From Bacillus subtilis subsp. subtilis str. 168 (GTDB taxonomy: Bacteria > Bacillota > Bacilli > Bacillales > Bacillaceae): a DNA stretch of 32,000 nucleotides. The notes under the pieces are model-generated. The model ran no database searches and had not been told where the DNA came from. It saw only the letters and a program-made list of their open reading frames with translations. The stretch is from the NCBI RefSeq assembly GCF_000009045.1, contig NC_000964.3, positions 3,450,001 to 3,482,000 on the forward strand. The letters are read 5' to 3'. How positions within the stretch are numbered: the stretch's first letter is position 1; the number at the start of each line of letters is the position of its first letter. The position numbers and the translations under genes are program-made. Positions 1-9,805 of the stretch are shown piece after piece.

Positions 1-526
1 TCGTGCCGGTTGCCAGCTCCGCCAAACTGCGGGAAATGGACAGCTGCATCGTTTTTGTCGCACTGTAATGGGCCATTTCCTGTGACGGCATAATCGCCGC
101 TTCACTGGCAATGAAAATCACACGCCCTTCTTTTTTCTCTATCATGTTATGCAAATACCTGCGTGTCAGCCTTACACCGCTCATAATATTCACTTCAAAA
201 AAACGAAACCATTCATCGTCGGGAATATCAAAGTACTCCGCCGGTTCAAAAATCCCTAAATTGTTGACCAAAATATCAACCTCTGGATATGCCTGAAACA
301 GCTCATTGCAGCCTTCTTCTGTTCCCAAATCAAATGCAGCCGGATAAAGAACCGCTTCAGCATGTTGTGTTTTCAGTTCATCTATCGTTTGATTCACTTT
401 CTCTTCCCGGCGTCCGTTAATGATCACTGCCGCACCTTCTTCAGCTAACGAAGAGGCAATAGCTTTTCCGATCCCTGATGTCGAACCGGTCACCAGTGCG
501 GTTTTTCCTTGTAAATTCAGCTTCAT
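1..526 (-). CDS. yvaG: Short-chain dehydrogenase/reductase, N-terminal part (gene runs off the left edge)
   Basis: Reverse translation from the ATG at 524-526 gives MKLNLQGKTALVTGSTSGIGKAIASSLAEEGAAVIINGR. This contains the TGxxxGIG Rossmann motif of SDRs. A GGAGGG SD lies just upstream, at about 533-538. Confidence 0.85.
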   Translation of the reverse strand, partial: MKLNLQGKTALVTGSTSGIGKAIASSLAEEGAAVIINGRREEKVNQTIDELKTQHAEAVLYPAAFDLGTEEGCNELFQAYPEVDILVNNLGIFEPAEYFDIPDDEWFRFFEVNIMSGVRLTRRYLHNMIEKKEGRVIFIASEAAIMPSQEMAHYSATKTMQLSISRSLAELATGT

Positions 527-660
527 TATTCATCCCTCCGTTTTTGATTCCTCTTATTTATTGACAGAAATCTGATTGGTGAAACATCTGCTCTGCAATC
601 AGTATGAAACAGCTGGGATTGAAATGGAAGTACGCACTTTTTGGTGCCTGTGGTTTGGAG

Positions 661-694
661 AAAAAATAAAGCAGAACCTCTTAAGAGGTTCTGC
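661..694 (-). terminator. Rho-independent terminator downstream of ssrA
   Basis: Perfect 10-bp stem GCAGAACCTC / GAGGTTCTGC (671-694) with a TTAA loop. On the minus strand it is followed by a T-run (complement of 661-670). Confidence 0.8.
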
Positions 695-711
695 TTTATT
701 GTCAGTATGTA

Positions 712-1071
712 TGGAGACGGTGGGAGTCGAACCCACGTCCAGAAACATCGATTACTTAAGCGTCTACGAGCGTAGCCTGCATATTTATGGTTTCACTCAT
801 CTTCTTGCCTGCGGGCGGGCCTTCCGAGAGCTAGTCTGTTCATCTCTTCTTACGTTCTCAGACGGGAACGCAAGCGTAGCCTACTTGGATGTGCTCTTCA
901 CAGACACATAGGCAATGTCAGGAAGAGCTCGCTGCGCTTATTAGGCAGCTAATGCTACGTTTTGGTTAAAACTGTTAGTTTTGCCAGTTATATTTAAGTG
1001 CGTGTTTACGAGATCGCCTCTCGGCTCGCAGCTCAAGCTCGATCCATCCCTGTCGAATCCGTAACGTCCCC
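712..1071 (-). ncRNA. ssrA: tmRNA (SsrA), about 360 nt
   Basis: The minus strand starts GGGGACGTTACGGATTCGACAGGG and ends GGACGTGGGTTCGACTCCCACCGTCTCCA. These are the tRNA-Ala-like acceptor and T-arm halves. An internal tag reading frame is present and the gene lies immediately downstream of smpB. Confidence 0.95.
938..985 (-). other. tmRNA proteolysis-tag reading frame, (A)GKTNSFNQNVALAA plus tandem stops
   Basis: The minus strand reads GGC AAA ACT AAC AGT TTT AAC CAA AAC GTA GCA TTA GCT GCC TAA TAA. The hydrophobic ALAA end is typical of SsrA tags. Confidence 0.85.
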
Positions 1072-1131
1072 TTGGTATAAGGGAAATACGGGAGAAAATA
1101 TCAAGCTCTCACTCAAACTGGCTATAGTCTT

Positions 1132-1159
1132 ATTATAACATGATCACGGCTCTTTTCAA
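1132..1159 (-). promoter_or_regulatory. Candidate sigma-A promoter for the ssrA precursor
   Basis: On the minus strand: TTGAAA (1154-1159), a 16-nt spacer ending in TGT (extended -10) and TATAAT (1132-1137). It lies about 60 nt upstream of the mature tmRNA 5' end. Confidence 0.4.
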
Positions 1160-1247
1160 TTGTCAAATCCTTCAAATGAATGGCGTCGTGATCTGATCGT
1201 GAACACAGTATAGCACAGGCCTGATTTTCGAATCAAGCACTATGCCT

Positions 1248-1718
1248 TTAGAAGCCTTTTTGACTGTCTCTGAACGCTCTTTCGATTTCCCGCTTCGCGT
1301 CCTTGCGCTTCAGATCTTCCCGTTTGTCATAGTTCTTCTTCCCTTTTCCAAGGCCGAGAAGCACTTTGGCAAAGCCGTTTTTTAAATACAGCTTCAGCGG
1401 AACGAGAGAATAGCCTTTTTCCTTTGTTAACCCGATCAGCTTATTAATCTCCTTGCGGTGCATTAACAGCTTTCTTGTCCGGAGCGGATCGTGGTTATAG
1501 CGGTTTCCCTGCTCATATGGGCTGACGTGCATATTGTGGAGAAACACTTCTCCCCGTTCGATTTTGGCGAAGGAATCCTTAAGGTTTACGCGGCCGGCGC
1601 GAATCGATTTGATTTCGGTTCCTTGCAGAACGATGCCTGTTTCATAGGTTTCTTCTATAAAATAATCGTGGTTGGCTTTCTTATTTTGAGATAATACTTT
1701 TCCTGACCCTTTTGGCAT
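1248..1718 (-). CDS. smpB: SsrA-binding protein SmpB (156 aa)
   Basis: The ORF track protein contains [43 protein letters not shown] trimmed the start to the internal ATG, which is preceded by a GGAGG SD. The longer 168-aa ORF starts inside the SD region. Confidence 0.95.
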   Translation of the reverse strand: MPKGSGKVLSQNKKANHDYFIEETYETGIVLQGTEIKSIRAGRVNLKDSFAKIERGEVFLHNMHVSPYEQGNRYNHDPLRTRKLLMHRKEINKLIGLTKEKGYSLVPLKLYLKNGFAKVLLGLGKGKKNYDKREDLKRKDAKREIERAFRDSQKGF

Positions 1719-1811
1719 GCCAGAACCTCCTCTCTCTAAGGAAAAACTGTCCACCTTTTGCGATACGCTCTATTTTACCAAATGTCACGTACCGCTACAA
1801 TGAAAAGCTGT

Positions 1812-1851
1812 TTCCGAAAGAAAGCAAATAGAGCGCTGCGGCCCTATTTGC
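1812..1851 (-). terminator. Probable partial terminator or attenuator after rnr
   Basis: Stem GCAAATAG / CTATTTGC (1824-1851) with a 12-nt loop. On the minus strand it is followed by a T-rich tract (TTTCTTTC). Confidence 0.45.
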
Positions 1852-1862
1852 TGGTTGAGCTG

Positions 1863-4202
1863 CTATTTCTTCTTTTTCCGTTTCTGTTTCGGAGCATTCT
1901 GGAAGCCGCGTTTTTTCTTTTTCTTCTTCGGCTTAGTGAACCACTCCCCTTTTTCCTCAGACGGAGCTGGAGAAACAGGTGTATTGGTGCTTTGAACACG
2001 TTTTCTGGCAGGCTTTCCGCGTTTTCTGCTCCGGCTGCTGTCCAATTCTCTCGGACGCCGCGGAGTGCCTTTCATGCCGACAATTTCAAAGTCGATATTG
2101 CGCTCATCTTTATTGACATCGACAACCTTGACTGTGATTTCATCCCCGATGCGGAAGACGTTGCCTGTCCGCTCGCCAATCATTGCGAAATGCTGTTCGT
2201 CAAAGCGGTAGTAGTCATCTGTCATAAAGCTGACATGGACGAGTCCTTCAATTGTATTCGGCAGCTCGACGAACATTCCGAAGTTTGTCACAGAGCTGAT
2301 CATGCCGTCAAACTCTTCACCGATTTTATCAAGCATGTATTCCGCTTTTTTCAGATCATCCGTCTCACGCTCGGCGTCAACTGCACGGCGCTCCATAGAT
2401 GATGTATGTTCGGCGATATCCGGCAGGCGTTCAGCCCACTTTTCCTGTGTCGCTTCATCGACCTTGCCGTTGATCAAATACGTTCGGATCAGACGGTGAA
2501 CGATTAAGTCCGGGTAACGGCGGATCGGTGATGTGAAATGCGTATAGAATTCCGTTGACAGACCGAAGTGCCCCAAGCTTTGCGGGTCGTATTTCGCCTG
2601 TTTCATCGAACGGAGCATAACAGTAGATATAACCGTTTCCTCTGGTCTGTCACGCACAGCGTCCAGAATGCTTTGCAGCGCGCGCGGATGAATATTCCCC
2701 GCCGTTCCTTTCACCACATAGCCAAATGTCGTCACAAATTCTAAAAACTTTTGCAGCTTTTCAGCATTCGGCTCTTCGTGAATCCGGTATATAAACGGGA
2801 CATTCATCCAATGGAAATGCTCCGCAACTGTTTCGTTTGCTACAAGCATAAATTCTTCAATCAGCTTCTCGGCGACAGAGCGTTCTCTGATCACAACGTC
2901 TTTAACCGCTCCTTCGTCATCAACAAGCACCTTTGCTTCTTTGAAATCAAAGTCAACGGCGCCGCGGTCCATCCGCTTATCGCGCAGAATTTGAGCCAGA
3001 CGCTCCATGTCTTTGAACATCGGAACAAGAGGCTCGTATTTTTGTTTCAGCTCTTCATCATCATCAACAAGAATTTTATTCACATCTGAATATGTCATTC
3101 TTTCCGTTGTTTTGATGACACTTTGGAAGATCTCGTGCTCTGTCACCTGTCCCTGACTGTTAATTGTCATTTCACAAGAAAGCGTCAGGCGGTCAACCTT
3201 TGGATTTAAGGAGCAGATGCCGTTTGACAATCTGTGCGGAATCATCGGGATGACACGGTCAACCAGATACACACTTGTCCCTCTTTCAAGCGCTTCTTTG
3301 TCAATCGGCGAGTTTTCGGTTACGTAATGGCTGACATCAGCTATGTGAACGCCAAGCTTGTAGCTTCCATCATCAAGCTTCGTCACGGTAACTGCATCAT
3401 CCAAATCCTTCGCATCCGCACCATCAATGGTGACAATCACCTGGTCACGGAGATCACGGCGGTCTTTCAGATCTTTTTCATCAATCGTGTCAGGCGTACT
3501 TGATGCCTGTTCCATCGCGTCAGCTGGAAATTCTCCCGGCAGGCCGTGCTTATGAATGACCGATAAAATATCAATGCCCGGGTCGTTTTTGTGGCCGAGA
3601 ATGGTTTCAACCTCACCCTCTGCGTTCATGCGGCCTTCAGGATAGCTCGTCAGCTTGACAACAACCTTATGCCCTTCCGCAGCTCCATTTTTCCCATTTT
3701 TCGGAATGAAGATGTCACTCGTGATTTTTTTGTCGTCCGGAATGACAAAGCCGAAGTTTCTCGTTTCTGTATACGTGCCGACAACCCGCTGAATCGCTCT
3801 TTCTAAAATCCGTATGACGGTTCCTTCCTGCCTGGAGCCGCTTGATTGTGAGTTCAGACGCACCATGACGATATCGCCGTTCATTGCCGTATTTAGCTCA
3901 TTAGGCGGAATAAACACATCACTTAACGACGTATCCTCAGGCAGCAAAAAGGCGAATCCTTTCGCATGGGCTGAAATCTTTCCTTTTATTAAATTCATCT
4001 TCTCCGGAATGCCGTAGCGGTCGCTTCTCGTCCGTACGATAAGCCCTTTTTCTTCCAAGGCGACTAACGCTTTGACGAGCTCTTTAAACTCCTCGGCTTC
4101 CGTAATATTTAACATCTCCTCAAGTTCCTGAACGGTCAGAGGTTTGTACGCCTCTTCCTTCATAAACGAGAGAAGCTTTTCCATAAATGCTTCTTTTTCC
4201 AT
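1863..4202 (-). CDS. rnr: Ribonuclease R (779 aa)
   Basis: RNB-family exoribonuclease core ([30 protein letters not shown]). It also has an S1 domain ([15 protein letters not shown]) and a lysine-rich C-terminal tail. Confidence 0.95.
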
Positions 4203-4220
4203 TATCCGACCTCCTGTTGA

Positions 4221-4967
4221 TTACCAATCGAGCTTCTCTAAAAATTCATACACATCCTGATGGACGAGGTCACGTTCTTTGTCGAGTGTAATGACATGCC
4301 CTGATTCCTCGTACCATTTCAGCTGTTTATCATCAGTTTCCACTTCGTTGTAAATAATATTGGCGCTTTCGGTATTAATCATGTGGTCATGACGGGCCTG
4401 CACCACAAATGTCGGTGAATAAATCATATCGACATTATTCCGCACATCAGCAATTAAGTCTTGCAGCGCCTTGAGGGTATTCATCGGCGTTTTTTCGAAT
4501 TCTTTCATTTCCTCTTCAATTTGCTCCGGGCTTTTCCCCTCAAACTTTTTGTAATTGCGAGCGTATGAAAGAACGCCTTGATACATGACCTCTTCACTCT
4601 TAATATGCATCGGTGCGCACATTGGGACAATTCCCTTTATGGGTACAGTGTAACCCAATTTCAGCGAAAAAACCCCGCCAAGCGACAGTCCGCAGGCAGC
4701 AATGCTCTCATAACCTTCAGATTTTAAATATTCATAGCCATCCATTACGTTTTTCCACCAGTCTTCGGGCCCCGTATGTACAAGTTCTTCAGGCGGGACG
4801 CCATGTCCTTCATATTGAGGCGCGTGGCACGTATAGCCGCGTTCATTCAAATATCGTCCCAGCATCCTTACATCCGCTGTATTTCCTGTAAAGCCATGCA
4901 GCAAAAGCACCGCTTTGTCTCCGCCTTTAAATGTAAATGGTTTTGGTGTCACAACTTTCATGCTCAT
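4221..4967 (-). CDS. yvaK: Carboxylesterase, alpha/beta hydrolase
   Basis: HGFTG oxyanion motif and GLSLGG nucleophile elbow. The true start may be the second ATG (4961), giving MKVVTPKP. Confidence 0.9.
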   Translation of the reverse strand: MSMKVVTPKPFTFKGGDKAVLLLHGFTGNTADVRMLGRYLNERGYTCHAPQYEGHGVPPEELVHTGPEDWWKNVMDGYEYLKSEGYESIAACGLSLGGVFSLKLGYTVPIKGIVPMCAPMHIKSEEVMYQGVLSYARNYKKFEGKSPEQIEEEMKEFEKTPMNTLKALQDLIADVRNNVDMIYSPTFVVQARHDHMINTESANIIYNEVETDDKQLKWYEESGHVITLDKERDLVHQDVYEFLEKLDW

Positions 4968-5049
4968 GTCTCCCTTTCTATCTGCACGATCATTTTAGTT
5001 TTCCACAGTTTAATCAGAAAAAAACGTTTTGAATATCATCCAGAAACGT

Positions 5050-5077
5050 GAAAAAGGCCTGACTTCACATCAGACCT
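5050..5077 (-). terminator. Weak terminator or attenuator after secG
   Basis: 8-bp stem AGGCCTGA / TCAGACCT (5055-5077) with one mismatch. A T5 run follows on the minus strand. Confidence 0.4.
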
Positions 5078-5092
5078 TATACAAACATTGCC

Positions 5093-5323
5093 CTATAGGA
5101 TATAAGCAAGCGCAATCGTTAACACGAAAAACAAGACTGCCAGCACTACCGTAATGCGGTGCAAAATTAAATCAAGACCTCTTGCTTTTTGTTTCCCGAA
5201 GAGCTGCTCCGCTCCGCCTGAAATCGCACCAGATAATCCGGCACTTTTACTGGATTGAAGCAAAACGACAATAATAAGTGCAATGCTGACGATAACCAAT
5301 AAGGTAATCAAAACTGCGTGCAT
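5093..5323 (-). CDS. secG: Preprotein translocase subunit SecG (76 aa)
   Basis: [37 protein letters not shown] with two TM helices. I trimmed the start to the ATG preceded by a GGAGGTG SD. Confidence 0.9.
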   Translation of the reverse strand: MHAVLITLLVIVSIALIIVVLLQSSKSAGLSGAISGGAEQLFGKQKARGLDLILHRITVVLAVLFFVLTIALAYIL

Positions 5324-5360
5324 CCCATACACCTCCAGACTCACTGGCTACATTACTTCT

Positions 5361-5389
5361 ATTTTACATGAAAAGGGTTGGCATGTCAC
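5361..5389 (-). promoter_or_regulatory. Candidate sigma-A promoter of the secG-yvaK-rnr-smpB string
   Basis: On the minus strand: GTGACA (5384-5389), a 17-nt spacer and TAAAAT (5361-5366). Confidence 0.4.
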
Positions 5390-5471
5390 GCTGTATCAGA
5401 CGCCAAAAGGCCGGATAAGACGTTTTATCTTGGTTACCCTATTCATATGAAAAGGTCAAAGGAGAAAAGCG

Positions 5472-6242
5472 ATGCCGCTTATCAGCATAGACAGCAGGAA
5501 ACATCTTTTTTATGAAGAATATGGACAGGGAATCCCTATCATTTTTATCCACCCGCCGGGCATGGGACGAAAGGTTTTTTATTATCAGCGCCTTCTATCC
5601 AAGCATTTCAGGGTGATTTTTCCGGATTTAAGTGGCCACGGTGATAGTGATCACATCGATCAGCCAGCGTCTATTTCCTATTACGCAAACGAGATCGCGC
5701 AATTCATGGACGCTTTGCACATTGATAAAGCTGTGTTATTCGGGTATTCTGCCGGAGGCTTAATCGCGCAGCATATCGGCTTCACCCGCCCGGACAAAGT
5801 GTCACACCTTATTCTGTCCGGCGCCTACCCCGCTGTTCATAACGTAATCGGCCAGAAGCTGCACAAACTGGGAATGTATCTGCTTGAAAAAAACCCCGGT
5901 TTGCTCATGAAAATCCTCGCTGGCAGCCACACAAAAGACAGACAGCTTCGCAGCATATTAACAGACCATATGAAAAAAGCAGACCAGGCCCATTGGCATC
6001 AGTATTATCTGGATTCGCTTGGCTACAACTGCATTGAACAGCTGCCCCGCCTAGAAATGCCAATGCTGTTTATGTATGGCGGCCTGCGGGACTGGACCTT
6101 TACAAACGCAGGCTATTACCGAAGATCGTGCAGACATGCCGAATTTTTCAGATTGGAATATCAGGGACATCAATTGCCGACAAAACAATGGAAAACGTGC
6201 AATGAGCTGGTGACAGGGTTTGTGCTGACACATCATTCATAG
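5472..6242 (+). CDS. yvaM: Alpha/beta-fold hydrolase (256 aa)
   Basis: HPPGMG and GYSAGG (GxSxG) motifs. An AAAGGAG SD precedes the ATG. Confidence 0.85.
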
Positions 6243-6247
6243 GAATA

Positions 6248-6276
6248 GAAAACGCTTGGCTTCCTTGCGTTTTTTG
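6248..6276 (+). terminator. Possible terminator after yvaM
   Basis: AAAACGC ... GCGTTTT stem followed by a T-run. The stem is short, so support is modest. Confidence 0.35.
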
Positions 6277-6281
6277 TTACT

Positions 6282-6515
6282 TTATTGACTTTTGTCAACG
6301 AAATCATAGTAAAAAAGATCCTCAAATTTCAAATTAAAATAGTGAAGCATTTTACCAATCACAAGCTGCCCCGGCCTTCTTTCTCCATTCAGCACGCGGC
6401 TCAGTGTGGCGGGTGAGACTCCGATTTCCAGCGCAAGCTGATTAAGGGAATAATCGTTATTAACCATATACTGCAAGACATAATCACGTCTAATCTGTAT
6501 CTTTTCTACTGGCAC
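6282..6515 (-). CDS. yvzC: Small XRE-family HTH regulator (about 77 aa)
   Basis: HTH segment YSLNQLALEIGVSPATLSRVLNGERRPG. The track ORF begins at a GTG that lies inside the GGAAGGTG SD, so I placed the start at the next GTG (6513-6515). Confidence 0.75.
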   Translation of the reverse strand: MPVEKIQIRRDYVLQYMVNNDYSLNQLALEIGVSPATLSRVLNGERRPGQLVIGKMLHYFNLKFEDLFYYDFVDKSQ

Positions 6516-6558
6516 TTTCCTCACCTTCCATTCCTGAAAAACTTTTTTCTATACTTTT

Positions 6559-6587
6559 ACATTACGGCTTATGTTAACTTTTGTCAA
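6559..6587 (-). promoter_or_regulatory. Candidate sigma-A promoter of yvzC
   Basis: On the minus strand: TTGACA (6582-6587), a 17-nt spacer and TAATGT (6559-6564). Confidence 0.4.
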
Positions 6588-6666
6588 TACATTTCCAGTC
6601 TACCTATTCCCTTTAGTCAATAAACATACTAAAATATGAGTAACAGTGAGGGACGGGGTGAGATAT

Positions 6667-7074
6667 ATGGAAAGCTTTGGCGAACAATTACGGGCATTGC
6701 GTGAAGAGAGAAAGTTAACAGTCAACCAGCTGGCGACTTATTCAGGCGTAAGCGCGGCCGGCATCTCCAGAATCGAAAACGGAAAACGGGGCGTTCCCAA
6801 ACCTGCCACCATCAAAAAACTGGCAGAGGCCTTAAAAATTCCTTATGAGGGGCTTATGTACAAGGCTGGTTACATCGAAGAAGTGCATGAAGCCAGGGCC
6901 CCTTATGAAACGAAGTGCAAGCTGCTTGAAAAAGCGGAGGCCTATGACCTGAAAAACCTTGCGCTTCTTGAGAACGAAAAGTGGCAATATCTCAATAAAG
7001 AAGATTTGCTCATGCTGGATCATTATTTTTCGTTTATTTCAGATGAAGCGAAAAAACGGTCTGCTGATGACTGA
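6667..7074 (+). CDS. rghRA: XRE-family repressor RghR paralog A (135 aa)
   Basis: MESFGEQLRALREERKLTVNQLATYSGVSAAGISRIENGKRGVPKPATIKKLA. The start is trimmed to the ATG that lies 6 nt after GGGGTG. Confidence 0.85.
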   Translation: MESFGEQLRALREERKLTVNQLATYSGVSAAGISRIENGKRGVPKPATIKKLAEALKIPYEGLMYKAGYIEEVHEARAPYETKCKLLEKAEAYDLKNLALLENEKWQYLNKEDLLMLDHYFSFISDEAKKRSADD

Positions 7075-7103
7075 CTCTTGATAGAAATGTGAGGCGATAG
7101 ACC

Positions 7104-7523
7104 ATGTCACCGTTCGGACAGCAATTACGGGAGCTGCGCCGCGCCCGCAAACTGACAGTGAATCAGCTTGCGGTGTACTCAGGCATCAGCTCGGCCACCA
7201 TTTCAAAAATTGAAAACGGCAAACGCGGGACGCCAAAACCCGCCACGATTAAAAAACTGGCAGCCGTCCTGAAAGTGCCGTACGAAAACCTAATGGCCGC
7301 CGCAGGCCATATTCAGGCCTTTCCTGAAGAAATCCGCGAAGCATCTGAAGGCTATCAATCCGTTTATGAAATTTACCAGACGGCTGTCACACGCGGAGCG
7401 GAGCACCTCCCGATTTTCAATAGTCAAAAATGGGAACATCTCTCAAAGCAGGATATTGAAAATCTCAGCAAATACTTCGATTTTTTGTCTTCAGAAGCAA
7501 AAAAACGCGCCTCTTCCTCATAA
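7104..7523 (+). CDS. rghRB: XRE-family regulator, tandem paralog of rghRA (139 aa)
   Basis: MSPFGQQLRELRRARKLTVNQLAVYSGISSATISKIENGKRGTPKPATIKKLA is clearly paralogous to the preceding gene. The two also share a C-terminal KW..L.K.D......YF.F.S.EAKKR motif. Confidence 0.85.
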   Translation: MSPFGQQLRELRRARKLTVNQLAVYSGISSATISKIENGKRGTPKPATIKKLAAVLKVPYENLMAAAGHIQAFPEEIREASEGYQSVYEIYQTAVTRGAEHLPIFNSQKWEHLSKQDIENLSKYFDFLSSEAKKRASSS

Positions 7524-7614
7524 TCCCCTGTTTCTCTTTCTATATTTTATCAATCACGCTTGCATGCCCTCCCTCGTTATTTGCGTTATAATAGTGACAG
7601 ACGAGGTGAAAAGT

Positions 7615-7941
7615 ATGAACCAATCAGAAATGTGTCCTAGATTTGAAAAAGCAGTCGACATCTTAAGTAAACGCTGGGTCGCTTTAATCGTATTTCAGCT
7701 CTTGAACGGGTCGCAGCGATTTAGCGAAATTGAAGCAGCACTTCCAAATCTAAGCGGCAGAGTTCTGTCAGAACGGCTGAAAGAACTTGAGCTTGAAGGA
7801 GTAGTGAAGCGGGATGTCATCCCTGAAACTCCGGTTCGCATCGAATATTCATTGACTGATAAAGGAAAGGCACTAGCACCCATATTAGGTGAGATTTCTA
7901 AATGGGCGACTGAATGGATTGACCCTTCCTTTCTTGACTAA
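7615..7941 (+). CDS. catR: HxlR/DUF24-family winged-helix regulator (108 aa)
   Basis: MNQSEMCPRFEKAVDILSKRWVALIVFQLLNGSQRFSEI. The N-terminal Cys and HxlR signature are present. The 191-aa track ORF is an upstream artefact, and the start chosen follows GAGGTGAAAAGT. I recall this gene as yvaP/catR. Confidence 0.8.
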   Translation: MNQSEMCPRFEKAVDILSKRWVALIVFQLLNGSQRFSEIEAALPNLSGRVLSERLKELELEGVVKRDVIPETPVRIEYSLTDKGKALAPILGEISKWATEWIDPSFLD

Positions 7942-7951
7942 TTGCTAAAAT

Positions 7952-7990
7952 GGTTCTGATCTCAAAGACGAGAAAAGAACCGTTTTTTAT
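7952..7990 (+). terminator. Possible terminator after catR
   Basis: GGTTCT ... AGAACC stem with a large loop, followed by T6. It is weak. Confidence 0.3.
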
Positions 7991-7997
7991 TTTCCAG

Positions 7998-8024
7998 GTG
8001 AAAAAAAGATATCTCAGCCGATAT
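7998..8024 (+). promoter_or_regulatory. Candidate sigma-D promoter upstream of yvaQ
   Basis: An exact GCCGATAT (8017-8024) matches the SigD -10 consensus. An A-rich TGAA/GAAA sequence lies about 14 nt upstream as a weak -35 (consensus TAAA). MCP genes are typically SigD-dependent. Confidence 0.4.
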
Positions 8025-8065
8025 ATAGTACATCCACACATTACGTTTTTAAAGGAGACCACTAT

Positions 8066-9766
8066 ATGCGACTGACGATTTCCCGCAAATTCAGCCTGGT
8101 ATTTTTGACACTGATCCTGATCAATTTACTTGTAGGCGGAATAGGCGTTCTTAATATGCAGCATATCATTCAAAAAACAGATGAAATCAACACAAAATGG
8201 ATTGACGGCATCAAAGGAATCACTTCAATTAATTATGTAACCGAGCACCTGTCTTCTAAAGAAAAGGACTTTCTGATTTATACAGACAAAAGTAAAATGG
8301 ATACACTTGATCAAGAAATGAATCAAATCATGGAAGACATTAACCAAAAGCTCGATAACTACGAAAAAACGATCTCCACTGATAAAGAGCAGAAACTGTT
8401 CGAGCAGCTTCAAACTAAAGTGAATACCTATATGGATATTCATGCGCAAATTATCGAAAGCGGCCGCACGAATGACATGGACAAAGCAAGAGGTTTATTG
8501 GTTCAGACTGAGGCCAGCTTTGAGGATATGAAAAAAACAATCACTCAGCTTGTTGACTTAAATCAAGAAGGCAGCAACACAGCGGTAAAAGAAACGAAGG
8601 CCGTCTATCATAAAGGGCTCATTTACACTGCTTTGCTTGTGGCAGCATCAATCCTCATCAGCATTTTCATCTGGCTTTATATCACGCGAAACATTGTAAA
8701 GCCTATCATTCGCATGAAGGAATCTGCCAATCATATTGCCGAAGGCGATTTGTCGAACGATATGGAGGCCCTCAACTCAAAAGACGAGCTGGGTGATCTG
8801 AATGAAGCGCTGCAAAAAATGGTAGGGAATCTGAGAGATATTGTCGGATATTCTAAAGACATATCAAGCCGGGTTCTTTCTTCTTCACAGGTGCTTGCAA
8901 CCGCAACGAATGAAACAAGATCCGGCAGCAAACATATTACCGAGACGATGAACGAAATGGCTGAGGGCTCTGAACAGCAGGCCCAAGACGCGGTGACGAT
9001 TGCCGAATCGATGAATGAGTTTACCGAAAGCATTGATAAAGCCTATAATCACGGCATCACAATCAGCGATACGTCTCAAAACGTTCTCGAACTCGCGGTA
9101 AGCGGGAACGAAAATATGGCTACGTCATTACAGCAAATGAAAACCATCCATCATATTGTTGAAGAAGCCGTGCATAAAGTGAGATCACTGGAACAGCATT
9201 CTCAGGATATTAACAAGCTCGTTCAGGTCATCAACGGGATTGCCGAGCAGACGAATTTGCTGTCCCTTAACGCCGCGATTGAAGCTGCCCGCGCTGGAGA
9301 AAGCGGCAAAGGCTTCGCCGTTGTGGCAGAGGAGGTCAGAAAGCTGGCTGACGGCGTTTCTGATTCCGTGCAGGACATTACCCGGATTGTAAACGGGACA
9401 CAGCAGGAGATCCACACTGTCATTACGTACTTGGAAAGCAGCTTTACAGAAGTCGAAAAAGGAACGGAAAACCTGACAGACACCGGACAGGCTATGCAGC
9501 ATATCAAACAATCCGTCACCCATGTTGCAGACAGCATTAAGGAAGTAACGGATGGCTTGAAGCAGTTAACAAACCAATCGATTACCATCAATCAATCGAT
9601 TGAAAATATCGCTTCTGTATCCGAAGAGTCTGCCGCCGGCATTGAAGAAACATTTTCAATTACCGAGCAATCCGCCCATTCGATGGATCAAGTGCTTCTA
9701 AATGCTGAAGAGCTTGAGCAGCTGGCCAATGAGCTTAATGAGAAGATGGGTCAGTTTACGATTTAA
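8066..9766 (+). CDS. yvaQ: Methyl-accepting chemotaxis protein (566 aa)
   Basis: N-terminal TM, sensor domain, second TM, HAMP, and the highly conserved signalling hairpin [35 protein letters not shown]. Confidence 0.9.
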   Translation: MRLTISRKFSLVFLTLILINLLVGGIGVLNMQHIIQKTDEINTKWIDGIKGITSINYVTEHLSSKEKDFLIYTDKSKMDTLDQEMNQIMEDINQKLDNYEKTISTDKEQKLFEQLQTKVNTYMDIHAQIIESGRTNDMDKARGLLVQTEASFEDMKKTITQLVDLNQEGSNTAVKETKAVYHKGLIYTALLVAASILISIFIWLYITRNIVKPIIRMKESANHIAEGDLSNDMEALNSKDELGDLNEALQKMVGNLRDIVGYSKDISSRVLSSSQVLATATNETRSGSKHITETMNEMAEGSEQQAQDAVTIAESMNEFTESIDKAYNHGITISDTSQNVLELAVSGNENMATSLQQMKTIHHIVEEAVHKVRSLEQHSQDINKLVQVINGIAEQTNLLSLNAAIEAARAGESGKGFAVVAEEVRKLADGVSDSVQDITRIVNGTQQEIHTVITYLESSFTEVEKGTENLTDTGQAMQHIKQSVTHVADSIKEVTDGLKQLTNQSITINQSIENIASVSEESAAGIEETFSITEQSAHSMDQVLLNAEELEQLANELNEKMGQFTI

Positions 9767-9769
9767 AGA

Positions 9770-9801
9770 GAAAAAAGAGGCTGGACTCCAGCCTCTTTTT
9801 C
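9770..9801. terminator. Bidirectional terminator between convergent yvaQ and opuBD
   Basis: 9-bp stem AGAGGCTGG / CCAGCCTCT (9776-9796), flanked by A6 on one side and T5 on the other. Confidence 0.85.
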
Positions 9802-9805
9802 TATT

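Noticed and set aside
576-911. 111-aa plus-strand ORF
   Set aside because: It lies antisense to the tmRNA gene and its terminator. It has no SD. The open frame is explained by the structured RNA gene on the other strand.
712-1071. The tmRNA 3' end as an island integration site
   Set aside because: Downstream of ssrA there is only a terminator and the convergent yvaG gene. I found no duplicated copy of the tmRNA 3' end and no integrase.
1758-2402. 214-aa plus-strand ORF, and other plus-strand ORFs up to 4017
   Set aside because: All are antisense to the strongly supported rnr gene. They have low-complexity or odd composition (FLFL runs mirroring the Lys-rich tail) and no ribosome-binding sites.
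7366-7614. 5' extension of the catR ORF (the 191-aa version)
   Set aside because: The extension overlaps the 3' end of rghRB in another frame and then crosses the intergenic promoter region. The HxlR homology starts at MNQSEMCP, which has its own SD.
8731-9591. Several 100-122-aa minus-strand ORFs inside yvaQ
   Set aside because: They are antisense shadows of the repetitive coiled-coil MCP signalling domain. They have no SDs and no recognisable motifs.
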